Shown: piece by piece, positions 24,901-36,600 of the stretch
How the letters are laid out: each line of letters opens with the position of its first letter
Numbering within the stretch: position 1 is the stretch's first letter
Assembly (NCBI GenBank): GCA_964016885.1
Contig: OZ024743.1
Span: 207,638,001-207,702,000 of the forward strand
Direction: 5' to 3'
DNA length: 64,000 nt
Source of the DNA: Eledone cirrhosa
Taxonomy: Eukaryota
Notes under the pieces: generated by a model
Told to the model about the DNA's origin: nothing
The model's input: the letters and a program-made list of their open reading frames with translations, nothing else
Database searches by the model: none
Translations under genes and position numbers: made by a program

Positions 24901-27900
24901 TGTTGTGTTGGTGGTAGTGTGGCAGTGTTGGTACTCTTCCATGTGCCAACAGTATGGGTTGTTGTTGTGTTGGTGGTAGTGTGGCAGTGGTAGTGTTGAT
25001 ACTCTTCCATGTACCAACAGTATAGATTGTGTTGGTGGTAGTGTGGCAGTGGTAGTGTTGGTACTCTTCCATGTGCCAACAGTATAGATTGTCGTGTTGG
25101 TGGTAGTGTGGAAGTGGTAGTGTTGGTACTCTTCCATGTGCCAACAGTATGGGTTGTTGTTGTGTTGGTGGTAGTGTGGCAGTGGTAGTGTTGGTACGCT
25201 TCCATGTGCCAACAGTATGGGTTGTTGTTGTGTTGGTGGTAGTGTGGCAGTGGTAGTGTTGGTACTCTTCCATGTGCCAACAGTATAGATTGTTGTTGTG
25301 TTGGTGGTAGTGTGGCAGTGGTAGTGTTGGTACCTTTCCATGTGCCAACAGTATGGGTTGTTGTTGTGTTGGTGGTAGTGTGGCAGTGGTAGTGTTGGTA
25401 CTCTTCCATGTGCCAACAGTATGGGTTGTTGTTGTGTTGTTGTGGTAGTGTGGCAGTGGTAGTGCTGGTACTCTTCCATGAGCCAACAGTATGGGTTGTT
25501 GTTGTGTTGATGTTAGTGTTACAGTGGTAGTGTTGGTACTCTTCCATGTGCCAACAGTATGGGTTGTTGTTGTGTTGGTGCTAGTGTGGCAGTGGTAGTG
25601 TTGGTACTCTTCCATGTGCCAACAGTATGGGATGTTATTGTGTTGGTGGTAGTGTGACAGTGGTAGTGTTCGTACTCTTCCATGTGCCAACAGTATAGAT
25701 TGTTGTGTTGGTGGTAGTGTGGCAGTGGTAGTGTTGGTACTCTTCCATGTGCCAACAGTATAGATTGTTGTGTTGGTGGTAGTGTGGCAGTGGTAGTGCT
25801 GGTAATTTTCCATGTGCCAACAGTATAGATTGTTGTGTTGGTGGTAGTGTGGCAGTGGTAGTGTTGGTACTCTTCCATGTACCAACAGTATGGGTTGTTG
25901 TTGTGTTGGTGGTAGTGTGGCAGTGGTAATATTGGTACTCTTCCATGTGCCAACAGTATAGGTTGTGGTGGTGGTGGTGGTGTTGTGGCAGTGGTACTGT
26001 TGGTACTCTACCATGTATCAACAGTATAGGTTGTTGTTGTGGTGGTAGTGTTGGTACTCTACCATGTGTCAACAGTATAGGTAGTAGTGTTGTTGTGGCA
26101 GTGGTAGTGTTGGTACTCTTCCATGTGCCAACAGTATGGGTTGTCGTTGTGTTGGTGGTAGTGTGGCAGTGGTAGTGTTAGTACTCTTCCATGTGCCAAC
26201 AGTATAGATTGTTGTTGTGTTGGTGGTAGTGTGGCAGTGGTAGTGTTGGTACTCTTCCATGTGCCAACAGTATAGATTGTTGTGTTGGTGGTAGTGTGGC
26301 AGTGGTTGTGTTGGTACTCTTCCATGTGCCAACAGTTTAGATTGTTGTCTTGGTGGTACTGTGGCAGTGGTTGTGTTGGTACTCTTCCATGTGCCAACAG
26401 TATGTGTTGTTGTTGTGTTGGTGGTAGTGTGGCAGTGGTTGTGTTGGTACTCTTCCATGTGCCAACAGTTTAGATTGTTGTCTTGGTGGTAGTGTGGCAG
26501 TGGTAGTGTTAGTACTCTTCCATGTGCCAACAGTATGTGTTGTTGTTGTGTTGGTGGTAGTGTGGCAGTGGTAGTGTTGGTACTCTTCCATGTGCCAACA
26601 GTATAGATTGTTGTTGGTGGTAGTGTGGCAGTGGTTGTGTTGGTACTCTTCCATGTGCCAACAGTTTAGATTGTTGTCTTGGTGGTAGTGTGGCAGTGGT
26701 TGTGTTGATACTCTTCCATGTGCCAACAGTATGGGTTGTTGTTGTGTTGGTGGTAGTGTGGCAGTGGTAGTGTTGGTACTCTTCCATGTGCCAACAGTAT
26801 GGGTTGTTGTTGTGTTGGTGGTAGTGTGGGAGTGGTAGTGTTGATACTCTTCCATGTGCCAACAGTATGGGTTGTTGTTGTGTTGGTGGTAGTGTGGCAG
26901 TGGTAGTGTTGGTACTCTTCCATGTGCCAACAGTATGGGTTGTTGTTGTGTTGGTGGTAGTGTGGCAGTGGTAGTGTTGGTACTCTTCCATGTGCCAACA
27001 GTATGGGTTGTTGTTGTGTTGGTGGTAGTTTGGCAGTGGTAGTGTTGGTACTCTTCCATGTGTCAACAGTATAGGTTGTTGTTGTGGTGGTGGTGGTAGT
27101 GTTGTTGTGGCAGTGGTAATGTTGGTACTCGACCATGTGTCAACAGTATAGGTTGTTGTTGTGGTGGTGGTGGTGTTGTTGTGGCAGTGGTAATGTTGGT
27201 ACTCTTCCATGTGTCAACAGTATAGATTGTTGTGGTGGTGGTAATGTTGGTACTCTACCATGTTTCAACAGTATAGGTTATGGTGGTGGTGGTTGTGTTG
27301 TGGTAGTGTTGGTACTCTTCCATGTGTCAACAGTATAGGTTGTGGTGGTGGTGGTGTTGTTGTGGCAGTGGTAGTGTTGCTACTCTACCATGTCTCAACA
27401 GTATAGGTTGTTGTTGTGGTGGTAGTGTTGGTACTCTACCATGTGTCAACAGTATAGGTAGTAGTGTTGTTGTGGCAGTGGTAGTGTTGGTACTCTTCCA
27501 TGTGCCAACAGTATGGGTTGTCGTTGTGTTGGTGGTAGTGTGGCAGTGGTAGTGTTAGTACTCTTCCATGTGCCAACAGTATAGATTGTTCTTGTGTTGG
27601 TGGTAGTGTGGCAGTGGTAGTGTTGGTACTCTTCCATGTGCCAACAGTATAGATTGCTGTGTTGGTGGTAGTGTGGCAGTGGTAGTGTTGGTAATTTTCC
27701 ATGTGCCAACAGTATAGATTGTTGTGTTGGTGGTAGTGTGGCAGTGGTAGTGTTGGTACTCTTCCATGTGCCAACAGTATAGATTGTTGTGTTGGTGGTA
27801 GTGTGGCAGTGGTAGTGCTGGTAATTTTCCATGTGCCAACAGTATAGATTGTTGTGTAGGTGGCAGTGGTAGTGTTGGTACTCTTCCATGTGCCAACAGT

Positions 27901-30095
27901 ATAGATTGTTGTGTTGGTGGTAGTGTGGCAGTGGTAGTGTTGGTACTTTTCCATGTACCAACAGTATGGGTTGTTGTTGTGTTGGTGGTAGTGTGACAGT
28001 GGTAGTGTTGGTACTCTTCCATGTGCCAACAGTATAGGTTGTGGTGGTGGTGTTGTGGCAGTGGTACTGTTGGTACTCTACCATGTGTCAACAGTATAGG
28101 TTGTTGTTGTGGTGGTAGTGTTGGTACTCTACCATGTGTCAACAGTATAGGTAGTAGTGTTGTTGTGGCAGTGGTAGTGTTGGTACTCTTCCATGTGCCA
28201 ACAGTATGGGTTGTCGTTGTGTTGGTGGTAGTGTGGCAGTGGTAATGTTGGTACTCTTCCATGTGCCAACAGTATAGGTTGTTGTGTTGGTGGTAGTGTG
28301 GCAGTGGTAGTGTTGGTACTCTTCCATGTGCCAACAGTATGGGTTGTTGTGTTGGTGGTAGTGTGGCAGTGGTAGTGTTGATACTCTTCCATGTGCCAAC
28401 AGTATGGGTTGTTGTTGTGTTGGTGGTAGTGTGACAGTGGTAGTGTTGGTACTCTTCCATGTGCCAACAGTATGTGTTGTTGTTGTGTTGGTGGTAGTGT
28501 GGCAGCGGTAGTGTTGGTACTCTTCCATGTGCCAACAGTATGTGTTGTTGTTGTGTTGGTGGTAGTGTGGCAGCGGTAGTGTTGGTACTCTTCCATGTGC
28601 CAACAGTATGGGTTGTTGTTGTGTTGGTGGTAGTGTGGCAGTGGTAGTGTTGATACTCTTCCATGTGCCAACAGTATGGGTTGTTGTTGTGTTGGTGGTA
28701 GTGTGGCAGTGGTAGTGTTGATACTCTTCCATGTGCCAACAGTATGGGTTGTTGTTGTGTTGGTGGTAGTGTGACAGTGGTAGTGTTGGTACTCTTCCAT
28801 GTGCCAACAGTATAGATTGTTGTGTTGGTGGTAGTGTGGCAGTGGTAGTGTTGGTACTCTTCCATGTGCCAACAGTATGGGTTGTTGTTGTGTTGTTGTG
28901 GTAGTGTGGCAGTGGTAGTGTTGGTACTCTTCCATGTGCCAACAGTATGTGTTGTTGTGTTGGTGGTAGTGTGGCAGTGGTAGTGTTGGTACTCTTCCAT
29001 GTGCCAACAGTATAGATTGTTGTGTTGGTGGTAGTGTGGCAGTGGTAGTGTTGGTACTCTTCCATGTGCCAACAGTATGGGTTGCTGTTGTGTTGGTGGT
29101 AGTGTGGCAGTGGTAGTGTTGGTACTCTTCCATGTGCCAACAGTATAGATTGTTGTGTTGGTGGTAGTGTGGCAGTGGTAGTGTTGGTACTCTTCCATGT
29201 GCCAACAGTATGGGTTGTTGTTGTGTTGGTGGTAGTGTGACAGTGGTAGTGTTGGTACTCTTCCATGTGCCAACAGTATGGGATGTTGTTGTGTTGGTGG
29301 TAGTGTGGCAGTGGTAGTGTTGGTACTCTTCCATGTGCCAACAGTATGGGTTGTTGTTGTGTTGGTGGTAGTGTGGCAGCGGTAGTGTTGATACTCTTCC
29401 ATGTGCCAACAGTATGGGTTGTTGTTGTGTTGGTGGTAGTGTGGCAGTGGTAGTGTTGATACTCTTCCATGTGCCAACAGTATGGGTTGTTGTTGTGTTG
29501 GTGGTAGTGTGGCAGTGGTAGTGTTGATACTCTTCCATGTGCCAACGGTATGGGTTGTTGTTGTGTTGGTGGTAGTGTGACAGTGGTAGTGTTGGTACTC
29601 TTCCATGTGCCAACAGTATGGGTTGTTGTTGTGTTGGTGGTAGTGTGGCAGTGGTAGTGTTGATACTCTTCCATGTGCCAACAGTATGGGTTGTTGTTGT
29701 GTTGGTGGTAGTGTGACAGTGGTAGTGTTGGTACTCTCCCATGTGCCAACAGTATGGGTTGTTGTTGTGTTGGTGGTAGTGTGGCAGTGGTAGTGTTGGT
29801 ACTCTTCCATGTGCCAACAGTATGGGTTGTCGTTGTGGTAGTGTGGCAGTGGTATTGTTGGTACTCTTCCATGTGCCAACAGTATGGGTTGTTGTTGTGT
29901 TGGTGGTAGTGTGGCAGTGGTAGTGTTGGTACTTTTCCATGTGCCAACAGTATGGGTTGTTGTTGTGTTGGTGGTAGTGTGGCAGTGGTAGTGTTGGTAC
30001 TCTTCCATGTGCCAACAGTATGTGTTGTTGTTGTGTTGGTGGTAGTGTGGCAGTGGTAGTGTTGGTACTCTTCCATGTGCCAACAGTATGTGTTG
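9930..30095 (+). repeat. ~20-kb satellite of ~65-68 bp units (roughly 300 copies) with higher-order duplications
   Basis: Unit GTGTTGGTACTCTTCCATGTGCCAACAGTATAGATTGTTGTGTTGGTGGTAGTGTGGCAGTGGTA with variable (GTT)n/(GGT)n; ORF translations repeat at offsets 4797 and 2367. Confidence 0.98.
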
Positions 30096-30375
30096 TTAAG
30101 ATAACAACTGACCAGAATAACCCAAGATGGTAAGGTATGAAATACAATTTACTAATACCTGCTTACTTCCTCTTGATGCCAAGTTATGATATACAGTTTT
30201 ATCTGATAGGTTTTCTGACTAAACTATTCTTGGTAAAAGGTCATGTACATCCATCCATCAGACTTACTCTGATGCTACAGTATCTGTGACATCATAGCAA
30301 AGAAGGTAAATATATGTTTATTATATGCAAACATAATGTATATGGATTCATATACACTTATATATATATATATAT

Positions 30376-32535
30376 CATCATCATCATCATCATCAACGTT
30401 TAACGTCCGTGTTCCATGCTTGCATGGGTTTGGACGGGGGTTTTCCCATTTGAGGCAAGAGTGATTGTCTTGCTCGCATAGGACTGTCTGGCAGGTTTTC
30501 TACAGTTGGATGCCCTTCCTAACACCAACCACATTTACAGTGTGGGTCTGGGAGGTTTTTACCGTGTTGCCTACACGGCCACATTACAGCGTGGACTGTG
30601 TGTTTTTTTGTCGTGACACCTACACGACCTCATTTGTTTCGGCCTGGATGTTGTGGCACCAACATAACTTTACATAGAAGGGGGCGGTGTGGATGGGGTG
30701 GGGGTGATGGGACGGGGTGTATTTTGTTAGAGATGCCTACTGGCTGTAGTAGGTTTTACTATGTATTTAGGTAAGGCGGGTCTTCTCTATTACTGAGTAC
30801 CGCCAAAGGTCTCGGTCCAGTGACATTGTCTTGGTGAGGTGTAAGTGTGTGAGGTCGGAATTTATCAAGTCGTCCCAGGTTTTTCTGGGTCTGCCTATTC
30901 CGTGGCTACCGTTTATCTTTATTTCCCTGCACTTTGTTATAGAGCTATCGACTTTCATGCGCATCACGTGACCATACCAACGTAGCCTTCTCTCTAGTAA
31001 ACAACATCTGATCCCTCTTATTTCTAATTTTTTCCTTAGTTTGTTTATGCTTTGTCGTTCACGTATATTACTATTACACATCCAGCGGAGCATGCAAGCT
31101 TCGTTCCTCTCTAGTCTGCGTATATCCTCTGCACACAATGCCCAGGTCTCACTGCCATGCAACATTGCTGTTCATATGCAGGCATCGTACAGCCTGCCTT
31201 TCATTTTTAGTGAGAACCCTTTAGCAGCTAATAGTGGTATAAGCTCTCTGAACTTTTTCCACCCAGTTCTGACTCTAGCTACTGTACTTTCAGAGCACCC
31301 TCCCCCACTGCTGATTTTGTCACCCAGGTAACGGAAGCTGTCCACTATTTCTATAGAGCCCTCTGCGCAGTTGAAAGAGCTAGTATTTTGTGGGCATTTG
31401 CTGCTACTTATTGCCCCAGAACACCGGCCACATGTAAAATCTATGTTCTTAGTAAGCTTACCTGTGATCCCACTACATCTTTTATGCACCCAAACTTTGC
31501 ATTTGGGACACAAAATGGAATTTCTACCTACGCCTTTCCTACACTCTGCGCATGGCCACTTCCCGGAGGGGAGCACCGCCTTATTTTCTTTCTTACAAAC
31601 TAGAATTTTAGTCTTAGCCAGGTTAATTTTAAGGCCTTTTGATTCTAGGCCGTGCTTCCATGTTTGGAATTTCTTCTCTAGCTCGGCCATTGATTCAGCT
31701 ATGAGCGTTAGATCATCTGCGTATAGGAGTTCCCATGGGCAGCCGGTCTTGAACTCCACTGTTATAGCCTGGAGGGCAATAATAAATAGTAGGGGGCTAA
31801 GAACAGAGCCCTGATGAACACCAACTTTTACACTAAACTCTTCACTATATTCGTTGTTAATTCTAACCTTGCTGACTGTTTCTTTATACATGGCTTGTAT
31901 AGCTCTCACAAGCCATTCATCAACACCTAGTTTTCTAAGAGCCCACCAGATAATGGAACGGGGGACTCTGTCGAAGGCCTTCTCCAAGTTGACGAAAGCT
32001 AAGTATAGGGGTTTACTTTTAGCTAGGTACTTCTCCTGTAGTTGTCGTACACTGAAAAGAGCGTCTGTGGTACTTTTTCCTGACACAAACCCGAACTGCA
32101 TTTCATCTAGATCAATTCTCTCTCTGATTAGTTGCGCTATTACTTTTTCCGTGACCTTCATGACCTGGTTGATTAATTTAATGCCTCTATAGTTACTCCT
32201 ATCTAGGGCATCTCCTTTACACTTATAACAGTTAACGATAATGCTGCTACGCCAGTCCTTCGGAACAACCCCATTCTGTATGACTTGGTTGACTATCCAG
32301 GTGACCTTGGTGTGTCCCACCGTACCAGATGCCTTCAGCATCTCGGCAACTATTTCCGAAGGCCCAACCGCCTTGCCTGTCTTCATATCTTTGATTGCCT
32401 TACTTATTATACTAGCTTCGACTAACACTGCTGGTCCCTCTATTGGGTCGATGTGGGGGAGACTGTCTTTCTCCCATTTATTCTCCTCATTTAGTAGCCT
32501 TTCATAGTGACACTTCCAAGCTACCTTCTTATCGG
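30376..32535 (-). mobile_element. 5'-truncated RTE LINE with 3'UTR and (ATG)n tail
   Basis: RT region in ORFs 31172-32428 and 30767-31165; (CAT)n at 30376-30395; candidate TSD CTTATATATATATA at 30357-30370 and 32536-32549. Confidence 0.93.
30767..32535 (-). pseudogene. Disrupted RTE reverse transcriptase
   Basis: Motifs NYRGIKL, LEKAFDRVP, GVHQGSVLSP, LLYADD, FRYLG and RLRWYGHVMR. In-frame TGA at 31174-31172 (LYDACI*TAMLHGSETW, probably CGA>TGA). No endonuclease domain. Confidence 0.92.
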
Positions 32536-32546
32536 CTTATATATAT

Positions 32547-32745
32547 ATAGGAACGAGTAGGACCCCGACGGCTGAGCTCAAGCCGTTTCGACGGCTAATT
32601 TTAGTCCAGAATTAGCCGTCGAAACGGCTTGAGCTCAGCCGTCGGGGTCCTACTCGTTCCTATTACCCACTCTACTAACCTAAGTATTGAGTACTTTGGT
32701 GCGTTATGGTCCACCTGGTTCCTTACCACATTTCCTCTGTTATAT
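32547..32745 (+). mobile_element. Palindromic Penelope-like-element terminus relic carrying the 3' half of a hammerhead ribozyme
   Basis: 54-bp perfect inverted arms 32547-32600 and 32610-32663; motif GAAA-CGGCT-TGAGCTC-AGCCG-TC; unpaired tail to ~32745; starts in (TA)n. Confidence 0.65.
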
Positions 32746-32945
32746 GTAAGCAACACGGTAAAAACCTCCCAGCCCCACACTGTAAATGTGGTTGGTGTTA
32801 GGAAGGGCATCTAGCTGTAGAAAACCCGCCAGACAGTCCTATGTGAGCAAGACAACCACTCTTGCCTCAAGTGGGAAAACTCCCGTCCAAACCCATGCAA
32901 GTGAGGAACATGGACGTTAAACGATGATGATGATGATGATGATGT
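32746..32945 (+). mobile_element. RTE 3'UTR fragment with (GAT)n tail, inverted relative to 30376-30572
   Basis: Its reverse complement aligns closely with 30376-30572; ends GGACGTTAAACGATGATGATG. Confidence 0.88.
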
Positions 32946-32953
32946 ATATATAT

Positions 32954-33142
32954 ATATTTATTAAAATAACAGATTAAAGCTTAAGCAAAGAATCGCTGCT
33001 TTCACCCTTAACGGGATCTTCTGAAACTAGCTTTAATCTGTTATTTTAATAAATATTTGCTCTATGGTTCTTATATATTTGATATATATTTATCCTTATC
33101 GAGCCCTCTTTGGATTTTAGTCTTCAAATTTATTATTATTAC
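32954..33142 (-). mobile_element. Palindromic PLE-like relic enclosing a degenerate type I hammerhead
   Basis: 28-bp inverted arms 32954-32981 and 33029-33056; the minus-strand spacer reads AGTTT-CAGAAGA-TCCCGTTAAGGGT-GAAA-GCAG..TTGC-TT-AAGCT. Confidence 0.55.
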
Positions 33143-33170
33143 TATATATATATATATACAAACACACACA

Positions 33171-33201
<31 letters not shown>

Positions 33202-33257
33202 GAATATATATACACACACATATACATATATATACACACACTTATATATATACACAC

Positions 33258-33289
<32 letters not shown>

Positions 33290-33291
<2 letters not shown>

Positions 33292-33442
33292 TTCGTTTCT
33301 GAAATTTGTTTAGCAAGATTCTTTATCTGAAATCGTGTGTTGAAACCGATATTGTTATACTTTGGGAGGGTCATGTTGCCAATAAGAAACACACGCGTGT
33401 GTTTCTTATTGGCAACATGACCCTCCCAAAGTATAACAATAT
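33290..33442. mobile_element. Perfect 94-bp palindrome plus tail in a microsatellite; same family as 58975-59183
   Basis: 33349-33442 is self-complementary around CACG|CGTG; arm and tail are homologous to 58975-59183 in the opposite orientation. Confidence 0.75.
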
Positions 33443-33654
33443 ATATATATATATATACATATAAACAAATGTGTATATATGCATACATAATAAGATGTGT
33501 GCCTTCTACAGTGGCCTGAATCTGAAATGCTATCTATAATACTGTCACCCATCAATATTTAGTTGTTATATATTGATAATAAATCCTGATGGTACCTTGA
33601 TAGAAGTGAATAGCTAGAGGGAAGACGTCTTACTTGTTTAACACTATAGAGTAA

Positions 33655-36600
33655 ATATAGTGGTGAGTGTGTGGTGGTGAGAGTATGAGGGGGAGGGGGT
33701 ATAGTGGTGGGAGTATGAGGGGGAGGGGGTATAGTGGTGGAAGTATGGGGGGATATAGTGGTGAGAGTATGGTGGCGGTGGTGGTAGAAATAGTGGTGAG
33801 AGTATGTTGGTGGTGGTGGTAGATATAGTGGTGAGAGTATGTTGGTGGTGGTGGTAGATATAGTGGTGAGAGTAAGGTGGTGGTGGTGGATATAGTGGTG
33901 AGAGTAAGGTGGTGGTGGTGGTGGTAGATATAGTGGTGAGAGTATGTTGGTGGTGGTGGTAGATATAGTGGTGAGAGTATGTTGGTGGTGGTGGTAGATA
34001 TAGTGGTGAGAGTATGTTGGTGGTGGTGGTAGATATAGTGGTGAGAGTATGTTGGTGGTGGTGGTAGATATAGTGGTGAGAGTATGTTGGTGGTGGTGGT
34101 AGATATAGTGGTGAGAGTATGTTGGTGGTGGTGGTAGATATAGTGGTGAGAGTAAGGTGGTGGTGGTGGTGGTGGATATAGTGGTGAGAGTAAGGTGGTG
34201 GTGGTAGATATAGTGGTGAGTGTATGTTGGTGGTGGTGGTAGATATAGTGGTGAGAGTAAGGTGGTGGTGGTGGTGGTGGATATAGTGGTGGTGGTGGTA
34301 GATATAGTGGTGAGTGTATGTTGGTGGTGGTGGTAGATATAGTGGTGAGAGTATGGTGGTGGTGGTGGTAGATATAGTGGTGAGAGTAAGGTGGTGGTGG
34401 TGGATATAGTGGTGAGAGTAAGGTGGTGGTGGTGGTGGTAGATATAGTGGTGAGAGTATGTTGGTGGTGGTGGTAGATATAGTGGTGAGAGTATGTTGGT
34501 GGTGGTGGTAGATATAGTGGTGAGAGTATGTTGGTGGTGGTGGTAGATATAGTGGTGAGAGTATGTTGGTGGTGGTGGTAGATATAGTGGTGAGAGTAAG
34601 GTGGTGGTGATGGTGGTAGATATAGTGGTGAGAGTATGGTGGTGGTAGATATAGTGGTGAGAGTATGTTGGTGGTAGATATAGTGGTGAGAGTATGGTGG
34701 TGGTAGATATAGTGGTGAGAGTATGGTGGTGGTGGATATAGTGGTGAGAGTATGGTGGTGGTGGTGGTAGATATAGTGGTGAGAGTAAGGCGGTGGTGGT
34801 GGTGGTAGATATAGTGGTGAGAGTAAAGTGGTGGTGGTGGTGGTAGATATAGTGGTGAGAGTATGTTGGTGGTGGTGGTAGATATAGTGGTGAGAGTATG
34901 TTGGTGGTGGTGGTAGATATAGTGGTGAGAGTATGTTGGTGGTGGTGGTAGATATAGTGGTGAGAGTATGTTGGTGGTGGTGGTAGATATAGTGGTGAGA
35001 GTATGTTGGTGGTGGTGGTAGATATAGTGGTGAGAGTAAGGTGGTGGTGGTGGTGGTGGATATAGTGGTGAGAGTAAGGTGGTGGTGGTAGATATAGTGG
35101 TGAGTGTATGTTGGTGGTGGTGGTAGATATAGTGGTGAGAGTAAGGTGGTGGTGGTGGTGGTGGATATAGTGGTGGTGGTGGTAGATATAGTGGTGAGTG
35201 TATGTTGGTGGTGGTGGTAGATATAGTGGTGAGAGTATGGTGGTGGTGGTGGTAGATATAGTGGTGAGAGTAAGGTGGTGGTGGTAGATATAGTGGTGAG
35301 AGTATGGTGGTGGTGGTGGTAGATATAGTGGTGAGAGTATGTTGGTGGTGGTGGTAGATATAGTGGTGAGAGTATGTTGGTGGTGGTGGTAGATATAGTG
35401 GTGAGAGTATGTTGGTGGTGGTGGTAGATATAGTGGTGAGAGTATGTTGGTGGTGGTGGTAGATATAGTGGTGAGAGTAAGGTGGTGGTGGTGGTGGTGG
35501 ATATAGTGGTGAGAGTAAGGTGGTGGTGGTAGATATAGTGGTGAGTGTATGTTGGTGGTGGTGGTAGATATAGTGGTGAGAGTAAGGTGGTGGTGGTGGT
35601 GGTGGATATAGTGGTGGTGGTGGTAGATATAGTGGTGAGTGTATGTTGGTGGTGGTGGTAGATATAGTGGTGAGAGTATGGTGGTGGTGGTGGTAGATAT
35701 AGTGGTGAGAGTAAGGTGGTGGTGGTAGATATAGTGGTGAGAGTATGGTGGTGGTGGTGGTAGATATAGTGGTGAGAGTAAGGTGGTGGTGGTGGTAGAT
35801 ATAGTGGTGAGAGTAAGGTGGTGGTGGTGGTGGTAGATATAGTGGTGAGAGTATGGTGGTGGTGGTAGATATAGTGGTGAGAGTAAGGTGGTGGTGGTAG
35901 ATATAGTGGTGAGAGTAAGGTGGCGGTGGTGGTGGTAGATATAGTGGTGAGAGTATGGTGATGGTGGTAGATATAGTGGTGAGAGTATGTTGGTGGTGGT
36001 GGTAGAAATAGTGGTGAGAGTATGTTGGTGGTGGTAGATATAGTGGTGAGAGTAAGGTGGTGGTGGTGGTAGATATAGTGGTGAGAGTATGGTGGTGGTG
36101 GTGGTAGATATAGTGGTGAGAGTAAGGTGGTGGTGGTGGTAGATATAGTGGTGAGAGTATGGTGGTGGTGGTAGATATAGTGGTGAGAGTAAGGTGGTGG
36201 TGGTGGTAGATATAGTGGTGAGAGTATGTTGGTGGTGGTGGTAGATATAGTGGTGAGAGTATGGTGGTGGTGGTGGTAGATATAGTGGTGAGAGTAAGGT
36301 GGTGGTGGTGGTAGATATAGTGGTGAGAGTATGGTGGTGGTGGTGGTAGATATAGTGGTGAGAGTATGGTGGTGTTGGTGGTGGTAGATATAGTGGTGAG
36401 AGTAAGGTGGTGGTGGTGGTGGTGGATATAGTGGTGAGAGTATGGTGGTGTTGGTGGTGGTAGATATAGTGGTGTGTGTATGGTGGTGGTGGTGGTGGTG
36501 GTAGATATAGTGGTGAGAGTATGGTGGTGGTGGTGGTGGTAGATATAGTGGTGAGTGTATGGTGGTGGTGGTGGTGGTAGATATGGTGGTGGTGGTAGAT

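Noticed and set aside
9930-30095. CRISPR-like array (palindromic repeat plus variable spacer); also considered for 48760-50912
   Set aside because: Spacers are near-identical low-complexity linkers, there are no cas genes, and the context is a eukaryotic intron.
9886-30147. Mucin-like or His-rich ORFs up to 842 aa
   Set aside because: All three minus frames are open because the C/A-rich strand rarely forms stops; unit lengths shift frame, so no frame is preserved.
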